DNA of 64,000 nt. Origin: a virus (lineage: Duplodnaviria > Caudoviricetes). The DNA lies in the IMG/VR virus record IMGVR_UViG_3300043009_000039, positions 21,822 to 85,821 of that record, one strand, 5' to 3'. How positions within the stretch are numbered: position 1 is the stretch's first letter; every line of letters starts with the position of its first letter. The position numbers and the translations under genes were made by a program. Under the pieces are notes generated by a model. That model worked only from the letters and a program-made list of their open reading frames with translations, did not search any database and was not told the origin of the DNA. Below are positions 54,183-62,575 of this stretch, in pieces.

Positions 54183-54991
54183 AAAAGATTAACGTTGTAA
54201 CATTATTCTCGGGATATGACGCGATGTGCTTGGCTTTGGAAAGGCTTAAAGCCGACTTTCCTTTGTGCTTCGACTACGAGCTTATCGCTTGGAGCGAGAT
54301 AGACAGATTCGCCATAGACGCCCACAACGCTCTTTTTCCTCAATGGGCGGACAGAAACTTGGGCGACGTAACCCAAGCTGATTACAGCACGATTAATGAG
54401 CCGATAGACCTTCTCATTTACAGTTCCTGCTGTCAGTCCGTATCTTTGGCGGGCAAGAGAGCGGGTATGAAGAAAGGTGACGACTCGGCGGCGTCTGCGT
54501 TGATATGGTACACGGAGCGTGCAATCGAAGCTCTGAAACCGAAGTATCTTCTGCTTGAAAACGTAAAGGGCATGATAACGAAGAAGAATAAGCCGGACTT
54601 CGATATGTGGTGCGAAACGCTTAAAAAGCACGGCTACGACAACTTCTATCAAGTCTTGAATGCAAAACAGTTCGGTGTGCCGCAGAATAGAGAGCGCGTG
54701 TTTATGGTCAGCATCAGGCGCGACGGAGCGACGCCCGAGAGTTATACGTTTCCCAAACCATTTCCGCTCGAAAGACGACTTCGCGATATTCTCGAAGATA
54801 GCGTTGACGAAAGCTATTATTTGAAGCAGGAGCAAGTCGACCGTATTGTAGCCCACTGCGACCGCAAAGTAGCGGAAGGATGCGGCTTTAAGACCAACTT
54901 CCAAGAGGGGGGGGGTATAAGTGGAGCAATAAAGACCAAGGAGGGGTCGAGGGAATACGACACCTACGTCAAAACGACCGAGCCGAAGTGA
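54179..54991 (+). CDS. C5-cytosine methyltransferase, N-terminal part (motifs I-VIII)
   Basis: LFSGYD, SEID, GDV, SSCCQ (PCQ variant), ENVKG, VPQNRERVF; G9 tract at 54907-54915. Confidence 0.9.
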   Translation: MKKINVVTLFSGYDAMCLALERLKADFPLCFDYELIAWSEIDRFAIDAHNALFPQWADRNLGDVTQADYSTINEPIDLLIYSSCCQSVSLAGKRAGMKKGDDSAASALIWYTERAIEALKPKYLLLENVKGMITKKNKPDFDMWCETLKKHGYDNFYQVLNAKQFGVPQNRERVFMVSIRRDGATPESYTFPKPFPLERRLRDILEDSVDESYYLKQEQVDRIVAHCDRKVAEGCGFKTNFQEGGGISGAIKTKEGSREYDTYVKTTEPK

Positions 54992-55107
54992 TTGTTGCAG
55001 GGAAAACAAGCACGAGCCAAGACGCAGTGATAGTGTATCCCGACGGAATATCGCCTTGCCACTGTTGCGGTCACGGCAACCAACCAAAAATTTTAACCGA
55101 TGAGTGA
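54988..55107 (+). CDS. 39-aa stand-alone methyltransferase variable-region (TRD-like) module (not in the ORF track)
   Basis: VIVAGKTSTSQDAVIVYPDGISPCHCCGHGNQPKILTDE; GTGA overlap with the upstream gene; resembles modules in 55100..56203. Confidence 0.6.
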   Translation: MIVAGKTSTSQDAVIVYPDGISPCHCCGHGNQPKILTDE

Positions 55108-56203
55108 GAACGACATCCGTCCGAGAGTGATTGCAAGTGTAAGGCCCGACAAAAATTGGGGAGGGCTTCCGAAGCAGGTTGACAGAATCTACGACCTGAA
55201 CGGAGTCGCACCATCCTTACTTTGCAACACGGGCGGGAACAGAGAACCAAAGATTATGACACAAGAACCCATCAACGTTACAACGGAGGGCGCGGCTTAT
55301 ACGTTAACGGCTCGTTATTCAGCCATGTGCGCAACGAATGTCGTAGGCGGAGGCCACTATCCTATGACGGCGGTCTGTGAGCGGGACGAAGAACTGCCGC
55401 CCCTGCCGCAGAACCTCGATACCAAACGAGTTAAAGGCGAGCCGAGGATAATTCAGAAATACGGCGACCGAGGAACAAGCAACTACTCGGTTAAAGGTAT
55501 TTCCAATACGATACCCGCCAACCCAATGAGCGACCGCGGGCAACTCCTCGTCGAGCCGCAATCTATTAGCACCAAACAAGACAAGATGAAAGAAAATAAT
55601 ATTACAGTCACGACCTGCGCACAGCGCGGGCGCGAAACGGGGCAACGCCTCGAGGCGGGCGGTGAGGTGGCAAACGCACTGACCACCGTACAGAAGGATA
55701 GTATGGTCATCGAGTCCGCAACGGTAACAACGCAGGTTGACAGCAGCCACTTGTATTTTGTGAGCGAGCCGACGACCAGAGCCGCCGAGGAACTGCGGCA
55801 AATAGCGCAGGAGCACCGAAGCTGCAAGGTTGGCGTAAACATCATGAATGACGGTGCGCTTAGACCGTTCAACGCCGAATCAAGAGCGAAAGACAGCATC
55901 TCCGAATACTGCACGGATAGTAGTAGTAGTAGTACGGTGATAGCGGCAAGGGAGGGAAGGGTTTACGGCCCCGAAACCCGGTATCGAATCCGCAAGCTGA
56001 CCCCGAGAGAGTGTTTTAGGTTAATGGACGTCGACGACGAAGATATTGATAAAATACAAGCCGCGGGAATTTCCAAGACACAGCAATACAAGCTTGCGGG
56101 AAACAGCATCGTGGTCAGCTGTCTGTACCATATCTTCCGAACGATGTTCATCGACGACCAGCCGAAAGACGACCAACCTATACAACTGACATTGTTTGAC
56201 TGA
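55100..56203 (+). CDS. C5-cytosine methyltransferase, C-terminal part (multiple TRD-like modules + motifs IX-X)
   Basis: RKLTPRECFRLM...QQYKLAGNSIVV; several short modules upstream. Confidence 0.88.
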   Translation: MSENDIRPRVIASVRPDKNWGGLPKQVDRIYDLNGVAPSLLCNTGGNREPKIMTQEPINVTTEGAAYTLTARYSAMCATNVVGGGHYPMTAVCERDEELPPLPQNLDTKRVKGEPRIIQKYGDRGTSNYSVKGISNTIPANPMSDRGQLLVEPQSISTKQDKMKENNITVTTCAQRGRETGQRLEAGGEVANALTTVQKDSMVIESATVTTQVDSSHLYFVSEPTTRAAEELRQIAQEHRSCKVGVNIMNDGALRPFNAESRAKDSISEYCTDSSSSSTVIAAREGRVYGPETRYRIRKLTPRECFRLMDVDDEDIDKIQAAGISKTQQYKLAGNSIVVSCLYHIFRTMFIDDQPKDDQPIQLTLFD

Positions 56204-56205
56204 AT

Positions 56206-57135
56206 ATGAGAATAGGACTTTTGGACGTAGACAAGACGAATTACCCGAACTTAGCCCTCTGTAAAATATCGGCATGGCATAAAGCGCAGGGTGATGATGT
56301 GGAATGGGCTGACCCGATGTTCGGACAGTATGACCGCGTATATGCCTCCAAGGTGATGGTGTTTACGCCCGACTTTACGGATATATACGACTGCGAGATA
56401 ATCAAGGGCGGCACGGGATACGACATTCATTCGAAGCTCCCCCAAGAGATTGACGACATGACGCCGGACTACTCGATTTATCCGCAGGTCGATTCAAAGA
56501 CCGCCTACGGTTTTATAACAAGAGGATGCCCGAACAAGTGCAAGTGGTGCTGTGTCCCCGAAAAAGAAGGTAACGTAGTCCCGTATCGGGACGTGGACGA
56601 AATATCCGAGAACGGCAAAAGACCGAACCTGATTCTCATGGATAACAACGTGCTCGCCTCCGACTACGGCCTGAAACAAATCGAGAAGATAGTCGAGAAG
56701 AGATACCGAATCGACTTTAATCAGGCTTTGGATGCAAGACTTGTGACCGATGAGATAGCGCAACTGCTCGCCAAGGTCAGATGGCTCTCCGTGATTCGTT
56801 TCGGATGCGATACCAAGGCACAGATTCAGCATTGTGTAAAAGCAATGGCGTTGATAGACAGCTACCGCGAACGACCCGCATCGTATCTGTTGTACACTAT
56901 CATTAACGACGACATTCAGGCATCCTATGAGCGCCTGACGTATTTCAAGGATTTCAGGCGGGTGCGTCTTGCCGCCCAACCTTTCAGGGATTTGAACAAT
57001 CCGCATCAAGTCATTCCGCAATGGCAGAAAGATATGGCTCGGTGGGCGATGCGTCGCGAGTTGTACGCCATGACGGATTTCAAGAACTTCGAATGCAGAA
57101 AGGGAATCTTCGGAAGGGATTATTTCAAGGATTGA
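56206..57135 (+). CDS. Radical SAM protein
   Basis: RGCPNKCKWC (CxxxCxxC), GGTG, DNN, DFNQ motifs. Confidence 0.88.
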   Translation: MRIGLLDVDKTNYPNLALCKISAWHKAQGDDVEWADPMFGQYDRVYASKVMVFTPDFTDIYDCEIIKGGTGYDIHSKLPQEIDDMTPDYSIYPQVDSKTAYGFITRGCPNKCKWCCVPEKEGNVVPYRDVDEISENGKRPNLILMDNNVLASDYGLKQIEKIVEKRYRIDFNQALDARLVTDEIAQLLAKVRWLSVIRFGCDTKAQIQHCVKAMALIDSYRERPASYLLYTIINDDIQASYERLTYFKDFRRVRLAAQPFRDLNNPHQVIPQWQKDMARWAMRRELYAMTDFKNFECRKGIFGRDYFKD

Positions 57136-57164
57136 AAATACTAATATTATAAGACAAAATAACT

Positions 57165-57482
57165 ATGAGACTAAACTTTTCGTGGCTGACAAAAGCAGAC
57201 CTCGATGCGGTATTAAAGCTTAAAGAGGACTACGATAATCTGCAAAAAGACGTAGAACAGCTTAGGATGTTTATACTTGATTTTGAGCAGGTGGGCGTTG
57301 TAAGACGCAATATCAAATCTTCCAATTTTAATGTTACAGCATGTTACAATGTGCTTTATGATGCTATCAAGGAGGGCAGATATAAGCCAAACATGATACA
57401 GCCTGAATGGAGAGATAATTTCGGGATGTACGAAAGAGTTTCAGCCCATCCTAATGAGGACGTAAATGGAGGAAGCAAATAA
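57165..57482 (+). CDS. Hypothetical protein (105 aa)
   Basis: ORF in operon. Confidence 0.7.
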   Translation: MRLNFSWLTKADLDAVLKLKEDYDNLQKDVEQLRMFILDFEQVGVVRRNIKSSNFNVTACYNVLYDAIKEGRYKPNMIQPEWRDNFGMYERVSAHPNEDVNGGSK

Positions 57483-57485
57483 GCT

Positions 57486-58199
57486 ATGGGCAAACTATTT
57501 GTATTAGGCTCGTCGAGCAAGGGAAACGGCTATATCTTGACCGCAGGAAAAGAAAGCCTCATAATAGAGCTTGGTTGTAATTGGGACACATATGCATGGG
57601 GCCTTAATTATAATTTAAAATCTTGCGGCTATGCTTTGGCGTCTCACGCCCATTCAGACCATTTGAATAATTCTACGGCGAAAAAGGCTATGATGTACGG
57701 TCTGCGAGTTTGCGGCCCGAAGTCAGTAGCCGATAAGTGCGGATGCCTTACCGTAAACCACGGCAAAAAGTACAGCTTGGGCGGATTCAAGGTTATCCCT
57801 TTAAAGGTACCTCACGGTGAATGCGAGTGCTTCTCATACGTCATTCAGCATCCCGACTTCGGGACGCTCCTCTTCGCGACAGACCTGACGGCATTTCCGT
57901 ACAGCATCAAATGCGACCATCTGCTTATCGAAGCGAACTACTCCGAAGATATTGCCTTGGATGCGGTATTAAACGGCGTTGAATTGCGCTCTGCTTCGCA
58001 AAATCACTGCGAGCTGAACACTTGTATCGACATCATAAATAAATTGAACAGAAGGCTGAATACGGTCGTTTTACTGCATTTAAGCAGTAACCTATCCAAT
58101 GAGAAGATATTCATCCAAAAGGTGCTTGAAGGAACTGGAATCAAACCGATAATTGCAGACTCGGGAGTAACTATTGAATTGAAAAAGGAAGAGTTTTAG
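57486..58199 (+). CDS. Metallo-beta-lactamase-fold nuclease
   Basis: GSSSKGN, SHAHSDH, HG, ATD, IEANY, LHLS motifs. Confidence 0.9.
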   Translation: MGKLFVLGSSSKGNGYILTAGKESLIIELGCNWDTYAWGLNYNLKSCGYALASHAHSDHLNNSTAKKAMMYGLRVCGPKSVADKCGCLTVNHGKKYSLGGFKVIPLKVPHGECECFSYVIQHPDFGTLLFATDLTAFPYSIKCDHLLIEANYSEDIALDAVLNGVELRSASQNHCELNTCIDIINKLNRRLNTVVLLHLSSNLSNEKIFIQKVLEGTGIKPIIADSGVTIELKKEEF

Positions 58200-58221
58200 A
58201 TTTTTTGTGTAACTTTATCGC

Positions 58222-58626
58222 ATGAAAAGAAATGTTCCTAAATATAGAAATTCCAAGGTCGAATATGACGGGATTATGTTCGACTCCAAGCGGGAAATGC
58301 AGCGGTATCTTGTCCTGAAAGAAGCCGAGGCAAAGGGAATCATATCGGGTCTTGAAGTACACAAGAAGTATATTCTCATCCCGGCTATCACCGAGAACTA
58401 CACGGTGCATCTGAAAACAAAGGACAAAGAGTGTACGCGGACTGTTCAGCATCCCGTGACATACACTTGCGATTTTTTATACATTAAAGACGGCAAGGAG
58501 GTCTGCGAGGACGTAAAGATAAGCGAGTTTATTATACCCAAAGAGTTTGTCCTGAAAGAGAAGATGATGCGTTACTTTCATAATATCACTATACGACGTG
58601 TGTACAAACCCACGGAAGAGGTATGA
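58222..58626 (+). CDS. DUF1064-family PD-(D/E)XK nuclease
   Basis: KYRNSKVEYDGIMFDSKRE...YTCDFLY...EDVK. Confidence 0.8.
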   Translation: MKRNVPKYRNSKVEYDGIMFDSKREMQRYLVLKEAEAKGIISGLEVHKKYILIPAITENYTVHLKTKDKECTRTVQHPVTYTCDFLYIKDGKEVCEDVKISEFIIPKEFVLKEKMMRYFHNITIRRVYKPTEEV

Positions 58627-58627
58627 A

Positions 58628-58660
58628 AAAAGAGGCGAGAATAAAACCCCGCCTCTTTTC
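58628..58660. terminator. Bidirectional terminator between convergent blocks
   Basis: AAAAGAGGCG...CGCCTCTTTT. Confidence 0.75.
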
Positions 58661-58675
58661 GTATCTCAAAACGCA

Positions 58676-59179
58676 TCAAAGCTCGCTCTTGGCCAAGAAG
58701 TATTCCCAAGTTTTTGACGCCGAGAACCCGTCTTTCGACTCGTCCCAATCGGCATCCTTGAAGAAAAATTCATAGGCGACTTTGAGAATCTTCTCATCGT
58801 CGAGGACTCTGCAAAGGTCTGTGGCCGAGGCGTTGAAAGCTACGTACTTTGTCCACTTTGTAACCGACGAAGGGAACTGCATTCCTTTTGTCGCTTCCTC
58901 GATTTGATGACAAGTCCAATACTCCCCTTCCCGAGAACGGCCCTCTCTGTCCGTCCACTTCATTTGAGAAACATCCCAACGGGCGTAATCCTCGCCGTAT
59001 TGGTCGGAATGCATTGCGCCGTACTGTTCTCGCATGAAGTTCCAATACAGAGCCGGGTGGGCTTCTTTAATGCTCTCGAGAAGGTTGCTTACAGCTTCCA
59101 CCGAACCCCACATTACATCCTTTGAGAATGTGCCGCGTTTTTCGGCTTCTTTGGTCATTTGATAATATGTCTTTACCAT
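58676..59179 (-). CDS. Helical hypothetical protein (167 aa), last gene of the Cys/Gly-rich operon
   Basis: Clear ORF (...WTKYVAFNASATDL...AYEFFFKDAD...WEYF). Confidence 0.8.
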   Translation of the reverse strand: MVKTYYQMTKEAEKRGTFSKDVMWGSVEAVSNLLESIKEAHPALYWNFMREQYGAMHSDQYGEDYARWDVSQMKWTDREGRSREGEYWTCHQIEEATKGMQFPSSVTKWTKYVAFNASATDLCRVLDDEKILKVAYEFFFKDADWDESKDGFSASKTWEYFLAKSEL

Positions 59180-59268
59180 TACTCAACAGTTGTTACAATG
59201 TTTTGGAAACTTTGGCAAAGGACGATACTCCTTGATGGGAGTCGTGACCTGCTCCTCTTTAGGCTCGG

Positions 59269-59550
59269 TCACTTCTTTCGATTTACTTTTTGCCATAATT
59301 CTTCGTATTTGTTGATTAGAAGCGACAGTAACAACCCGAACCAATTACTAAGGTATGCGCCTATTGCCGAGAATACCACGATTTCTATGATGTCGCAGTC
59401 ACAGTGCCACGAGGCAAGCACGCACATCCAAAAGCTCGCGCATTGAGGGCAGGAGGCAATCTTCTTAATGACATCCGCTATGGCCTCCGTCAGGCCGAGG
59501 TGGACGCTTATGGTCGCGGTCATTACTATCGCAAGAGTTATCAGGAACAT
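59269..59550 (-). CDS. Three-TM membrane protein with CxxC (93 aa)
   Basis: Hydrophobic segments, SCPQCASFW, basic tail; holin-like topology. Confidence 0.7.
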   Translation of the reverse strand: MFLITLAIVMTATISVHLGLTEAIADVIKKIASCPQCASFWMCVLASWHCDCDIIEIVVFSAIGAYLSNWFGLLLSLLINKYEELWQKVNRKK

Positions 59551-59572
59551 CTATTTCAATGTCTGCCGCCTT

Positions 59573-60004
59573 TCAAGCGATGGTTAATGCGAGCGGTGTT
59601 TCGCTGACGAAGTTCTTCGAACAGTTCTGACATCCGCTGACAGCAACATCGTTAATGGTGGCTCCCTGAACCACGGTGACGGAAGTAGGAGTGGTGGCGG
59701 CGAAAAACGGAATGGTGAAGTTGGCCGACAAGGGCTGTTGCTTCGTGCAGTCGCACCCTCCGTTGCAAGGGATGTACGAGATGATGCCCTCTACATGAAC
59801 CGTAGCCATGTATTGCGACGTCCCGACTTTCGAAAAGCTCACCACGTTGAAGCGTGGATTGAATACGGGTGTGTTGTCCGCGCAGGTCTTTTGACAAAGT
59901 TTCTGCGAGATGTTACACATTACGTAGTAAGGGCTTGTGGCGCTACCTGCCGCGAGCGTTGCCGTGATATTAGGCACGGCTACCTGATTACAATTGCAAC
60001 TCAT
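59573..60004 (-). CDS. Cys-rich beta protein (143 aa)
   Basis: MSCNCN..., CNGGCDC, GCQNC. Confidence 0.8.
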   Translation of the reverse strand: MSCNCNQVAVPNITATLAAGSATSPYYVMCNISQKLCQKTCADNTPVFNPRFNVVSFSKVGTSQYMATVHVEGIISYIPCNGGCDCTKQQPLSANFTIPFFAATTPTSVTVVQGATINDVAVSGCQNCSKNFVSETPLALTIA

Positions 60005-60025
60005 GATAAATAGTTTTAAGAGCGA

Positions 60026-60208
60026 CTACTGTTTGTTCTTCTCCGCGCCGTCACTCGTTGGCTCGGAAATTTCTTCTGGATACATCGCGTCGTACATCGC
60101 ATCAATCTTTATGGATTGCTCTTCAACGAGTCGGTACAGCTCCACGACGTTCTGATTGATATTACCGATACCCTCGGCCATGATATGAAATATAGTCTTA
60201 TCTGCCAT
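60026..60208 (-). CDS. Small coiled-coil protein (60 aa)
   Basis: ORF in operon. Confidence 0.7.
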   Translation of the reverse strand: MADKTIFHIMAEGIGNINQNVVELYRLVEEQSIKIDAMYDAMYPEEISEPTSDGAEKNKQ

Positions 60209-60398
60209 GATTCTTTAAGTATGAGTTTAAGAAATGGTTGTCCTTGAATTTGTCGAGAGCCGACATCAAAGCTTTTGCCGTTACAGCGATGCCCATCTGT
60301 CGTTTGCCGTCCACAAAGCCGAACAGTGACTTTGAAAGCTCCGCCGCTTCCGCATCGTTCTCGACGTAAACGAAAAATTCTATCTTTGCGGGCTTCAT
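60198..60398 (-). CDS. Hypothetical protein (66 aa)
   Basis: ORF with ATGA overlap. Confidence 0.7.
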   Translation of the reverse strand: MKPAKIEFFVYVENDAEAAELSKSLFGFVDGKRQMGIAVTAKALMSALDKFKDNHFLNSYLKNHGR

Positions 60399-60757
60399 GA
60401 CTGTTCAGTTAAAGTTGGTAATGGAGGTATCTCCGTAGCCGCAGTTTCCGTAGTCGCTACCGCCGTACTTGCTCCGTTTCTCATCGACTGAATATACTCC
60501 ACAGCTTGCATAAGGTCGTCTTTGTTATCTCTGACCCATCCGTAAACTTGTCCTGCGCTTTCTTTCAGCTGGTCGAACACGCTGGGCCTTGGAATGTCGA
60601 AGTCCGGCATGGATTCCACTCCGTCCGCCAAGAAGTTATACAGCTTCATAGCTTGGTCTATGTCGCCCTTGCACGAAGCGAGGCAGGTCATTTTCAAGGA
60701 CATTTTTGAACTTGGATTAATCATGCGAAGGTCTATCGGTTTGCGTTTTGAGAACAT
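60395..60757 (-). CDS. Hypothetical protein (120 aa)
   Basis: ORF in operon. Confidence 0.75.
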   Translation of the reverse strand: MFSKRKPIDLRMINPSSKMSLKMTCLASCKGDIDQAMKLYNFLADGVESMPDFDIPRPSVFDQLKESAGQVYGWVRDNKDDLMQAVEYIQSMRNGASTAVATTETAATEIPPLPTLTEQS

Positions 60758-60823
60758 AATCTTTTTAAATTAGAGGTAGCCCCTTCGAATGAAAAAGCTA
60801 CCTCTTTTTTGGGGTTAATACTT

Positions 60824-61324
60824 TCAGCCGTTGCAACCGCATCCGCAGTCCTGAGTAGAAACTCTCTGTACGCGAAGCGCACATGAATTTTGAATTACAG
60901 AGCTAAGCGGGTTTGAGTTGTTATTCTGCAACAGAGCTAAAGCTTCCGCGGTGGCCAATGCCGAAGCCGAGCCTCCCGTAGCTGTCGCGCCCGCCAAATT
61001 ACGGAGCGTCTGCTGAACATCGAGGGTGATGTTGTCGGCACGCTGACCGTCTGCAATGGCGCGATTTGCGAGGAGATTGAACAGCTGTGCATTAGACTGC
61101 TGCTGTTGGTTGATTGCATTCTGATTACCTGCCGCACGAGCTTTTGAAGCTGCGTTAAGGCCGTAAGCGATGGCAAGACCACCGAAGATTGCAATACCCA
61201 AACCGCTTGCACCAAGGGCAAGACCCGTAGCCGCCACGCCTCGATTGTGGCAGTGTCCGTAACCGTAGCTGTCGCGCTTGTCGTCGCGAAGAGCCATTAC
61301 GTCTGAAATACTCAAATCAGTCAT
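60824..61324 (-). CDS. Gly-zipper, Q/N-rich protein ending in CGCGCNG (166 aa; start MTDLS)
   Basis: GVAATGLALGASGLGIAIFGGLAIAYG segment; NQQQQSN; Cys-rich tail. Confidence 0.8.
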   Translation of the reverse strand: MTDLSISDVMALRDDKRDSYGYGHCHNRGVAATGLALGASGLGIAIFGGLAIAYGLNAASKARAAGNQNAINQQQQSNAQLFNLLANRAIADGQRADNITLDVQQTLRNLAGATATGGSASALATAEALALLQNNNSNPLSSVIQNSCALRVQRVSTQDCGCGCNG

Positions 61325-61367
61325 GATTCGTAGGATTAAAGGTTTTTCCGTCAATATTAACGTACAG

Positions 61368-61399
61368 CAAAGCTAATACAGACAGCCCCATATTACAAA
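61368..61399 (-). promoter_or_regulatory. Bacteroidota sigma-A-type promoter of the Cys/Gly-rich operon
   Basis: TTTG (61396-61399), 20-nt spacer, TAGCTTTG (61368-61375). Confidence 0.7.
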
Positions 61400-61454
61400 A
61401 AGGTTACAAAATAAGCATATGTGGCTAATATGCAGACGTGTAAGTGTATATAAA

Positions 61455-61482
61455 GCAAAAGCGCCATCTTCTCAGACAGCGC
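61455..61482 (-). terminator. Intrinsic terminator
   Basis: Minus strand GCGCTGTCT-GAGA-AGATGGCGC (two G-U pairs, GNRA loop) followed by TTTT. Confidence 0.75.
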
Positions 61483-61589
61483 TTTACATTAACCAATAAA
61501 ACTTGAAATAATCTTTAATGGAAAGAAATTTTCAATTTTATCCTTAATTAACTCTATGCTTAGTGAAATGATATGAAATAAAGAATGTC

Positions 61590-61859
61590 TTAAAGCCATT
61601 TTGAAGGCATTTTCTTCAAGAACCAAAACATGCTGTGGTAAACCTTCCTTTTAGGCTTGTCGCCGTAGTTGCGGCTGATTACAGCTTTTACGTTACTCTC
61701 GCTTTGATTCATAAACTCGGCAATGTCCTTCGTTGTAGCATCCACTTCGAGATTGGTTTCAACCATCCGATAGATGCTTTTAATTTCGTCTGCCGTACAT
61801 TTGTCGTTTTCAAGCTGATACTTTATGAAGTCGCATAAAGCGACAAGTTGCTTCGTCAT
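61590..61859 (-). CDS. Small HTH regulator (89 aa; start MTKQL)
   Basis: ATTKDIAEFMNQSESNVKAVISR HTH pattern; ATGA overlap with the upstream gene. Confidence 0.65.
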   Translation of the reverse strand: MTKQLVALCDFIKYQLENDKCTADEIKSIYRMVETNLEVDATTKDIAEFMNQSESNVKAVISRNYGDKPKRKVYHSMFWFLKKMPSKWL

Positions 61860-62224
61860 GCACGTCGTGCTCTCCATAGGCGGAATAAAAGAATTAAAAG
61901 TCCGTTTAATAATGATAAAAGCAAAAGGTAGCAAAACATTGGATTGCATGAATCGGCGGAACCAAAAAGACCGACAAACACAACCAATGCACATTGCACC
62001 TTATGCCAAAAACACATCTTATACACAAAAGATAACAAGAGTGCCATCATTGCCGCTACGGGAGATATGTAGCAGAAATGAATACCCAAATATAGGTAGA
62101 ATAAATCAGAAACTCCAAACGCAAATGGAAGAAATTTTGCTATTAGCGTGGATTTCCTAAGTATTTTAACAACTTTATTCATTTTGACTCTAAAATAAGC
62201 ACGTTTTAGTCCCTCCTTAATCAT
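61856..62224 (-). CDS. Multi-pass membrane protein (122 aa)
   Basis: Three to four hydrophobic segments. Confidence 0.7.
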   Translation of the reverse strand: MIKEGLKRAYFRVKMNKVVKILRKSTLIAKFLPFAFGVSDLFYLYLGIHFCYISPVAAMMALLLSFVYKMCFWHKVQCALVVFVGLFGSADSCNPMFCYLLLLSLLNGLLILLFRLWRARRA

Positions 62225-62290
62225 ACCCGCGGTACTCTCCGCCTCGGAGGAAAAGCCTCCGCCGTAAAAGACGGAGGCGTGATAAAGAGA

Positions 62291-62536
62291 TTACTCGGCT
62301 CCCGCTTCTTTGTTCATCTCCTCGTTCATTTTTTCTTCCGCCTCTTTCCGTGCGGCTTCGTAGGCGTCGGCTTCCTCTTGGGAGATTTCGCGCCAATCGT
62401 CCTCTGAGGCGTTGGCGGCGAGGTAGACCTTGTCGGCTGTGACGATGCGTTCAAGGGCGTCAACGTCTTTTGTTTGGGTGAGGTACTTGCCGTTGTCGGC
62501 TTGAAGAACCCTCATTGTGTAATTTGTCTGTTGCAT
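62291..62536 (-). CDS. Small protein downstream of the BspA-like gene (tail-fibre-associated type)
   Basis: LQADNGKYLTQ...KVYLAAN...WREIS pattern. Confidence 0.65.
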   Translation of the reverse strand: MQQTNYTMRVLQADNGKYLTQTKDVDALERIVTADKVYLAANASEDDWREISQEEADAYEAARKEAEEKMNEEMNKEAGAE

Positions 62537-62575
62537 ATTCGTAAAATTTAAAAAGTTCGTAATGTAGCACGGGGT

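Noticed and set aside
49597-56203. Inteins or group I introns in the helicase, RecT or methyltransferases
   Set aside because: No C...HN splice motifs or LAGLIDADG/HNH inserts seen, and protein lengths fit uninterrupted domains.
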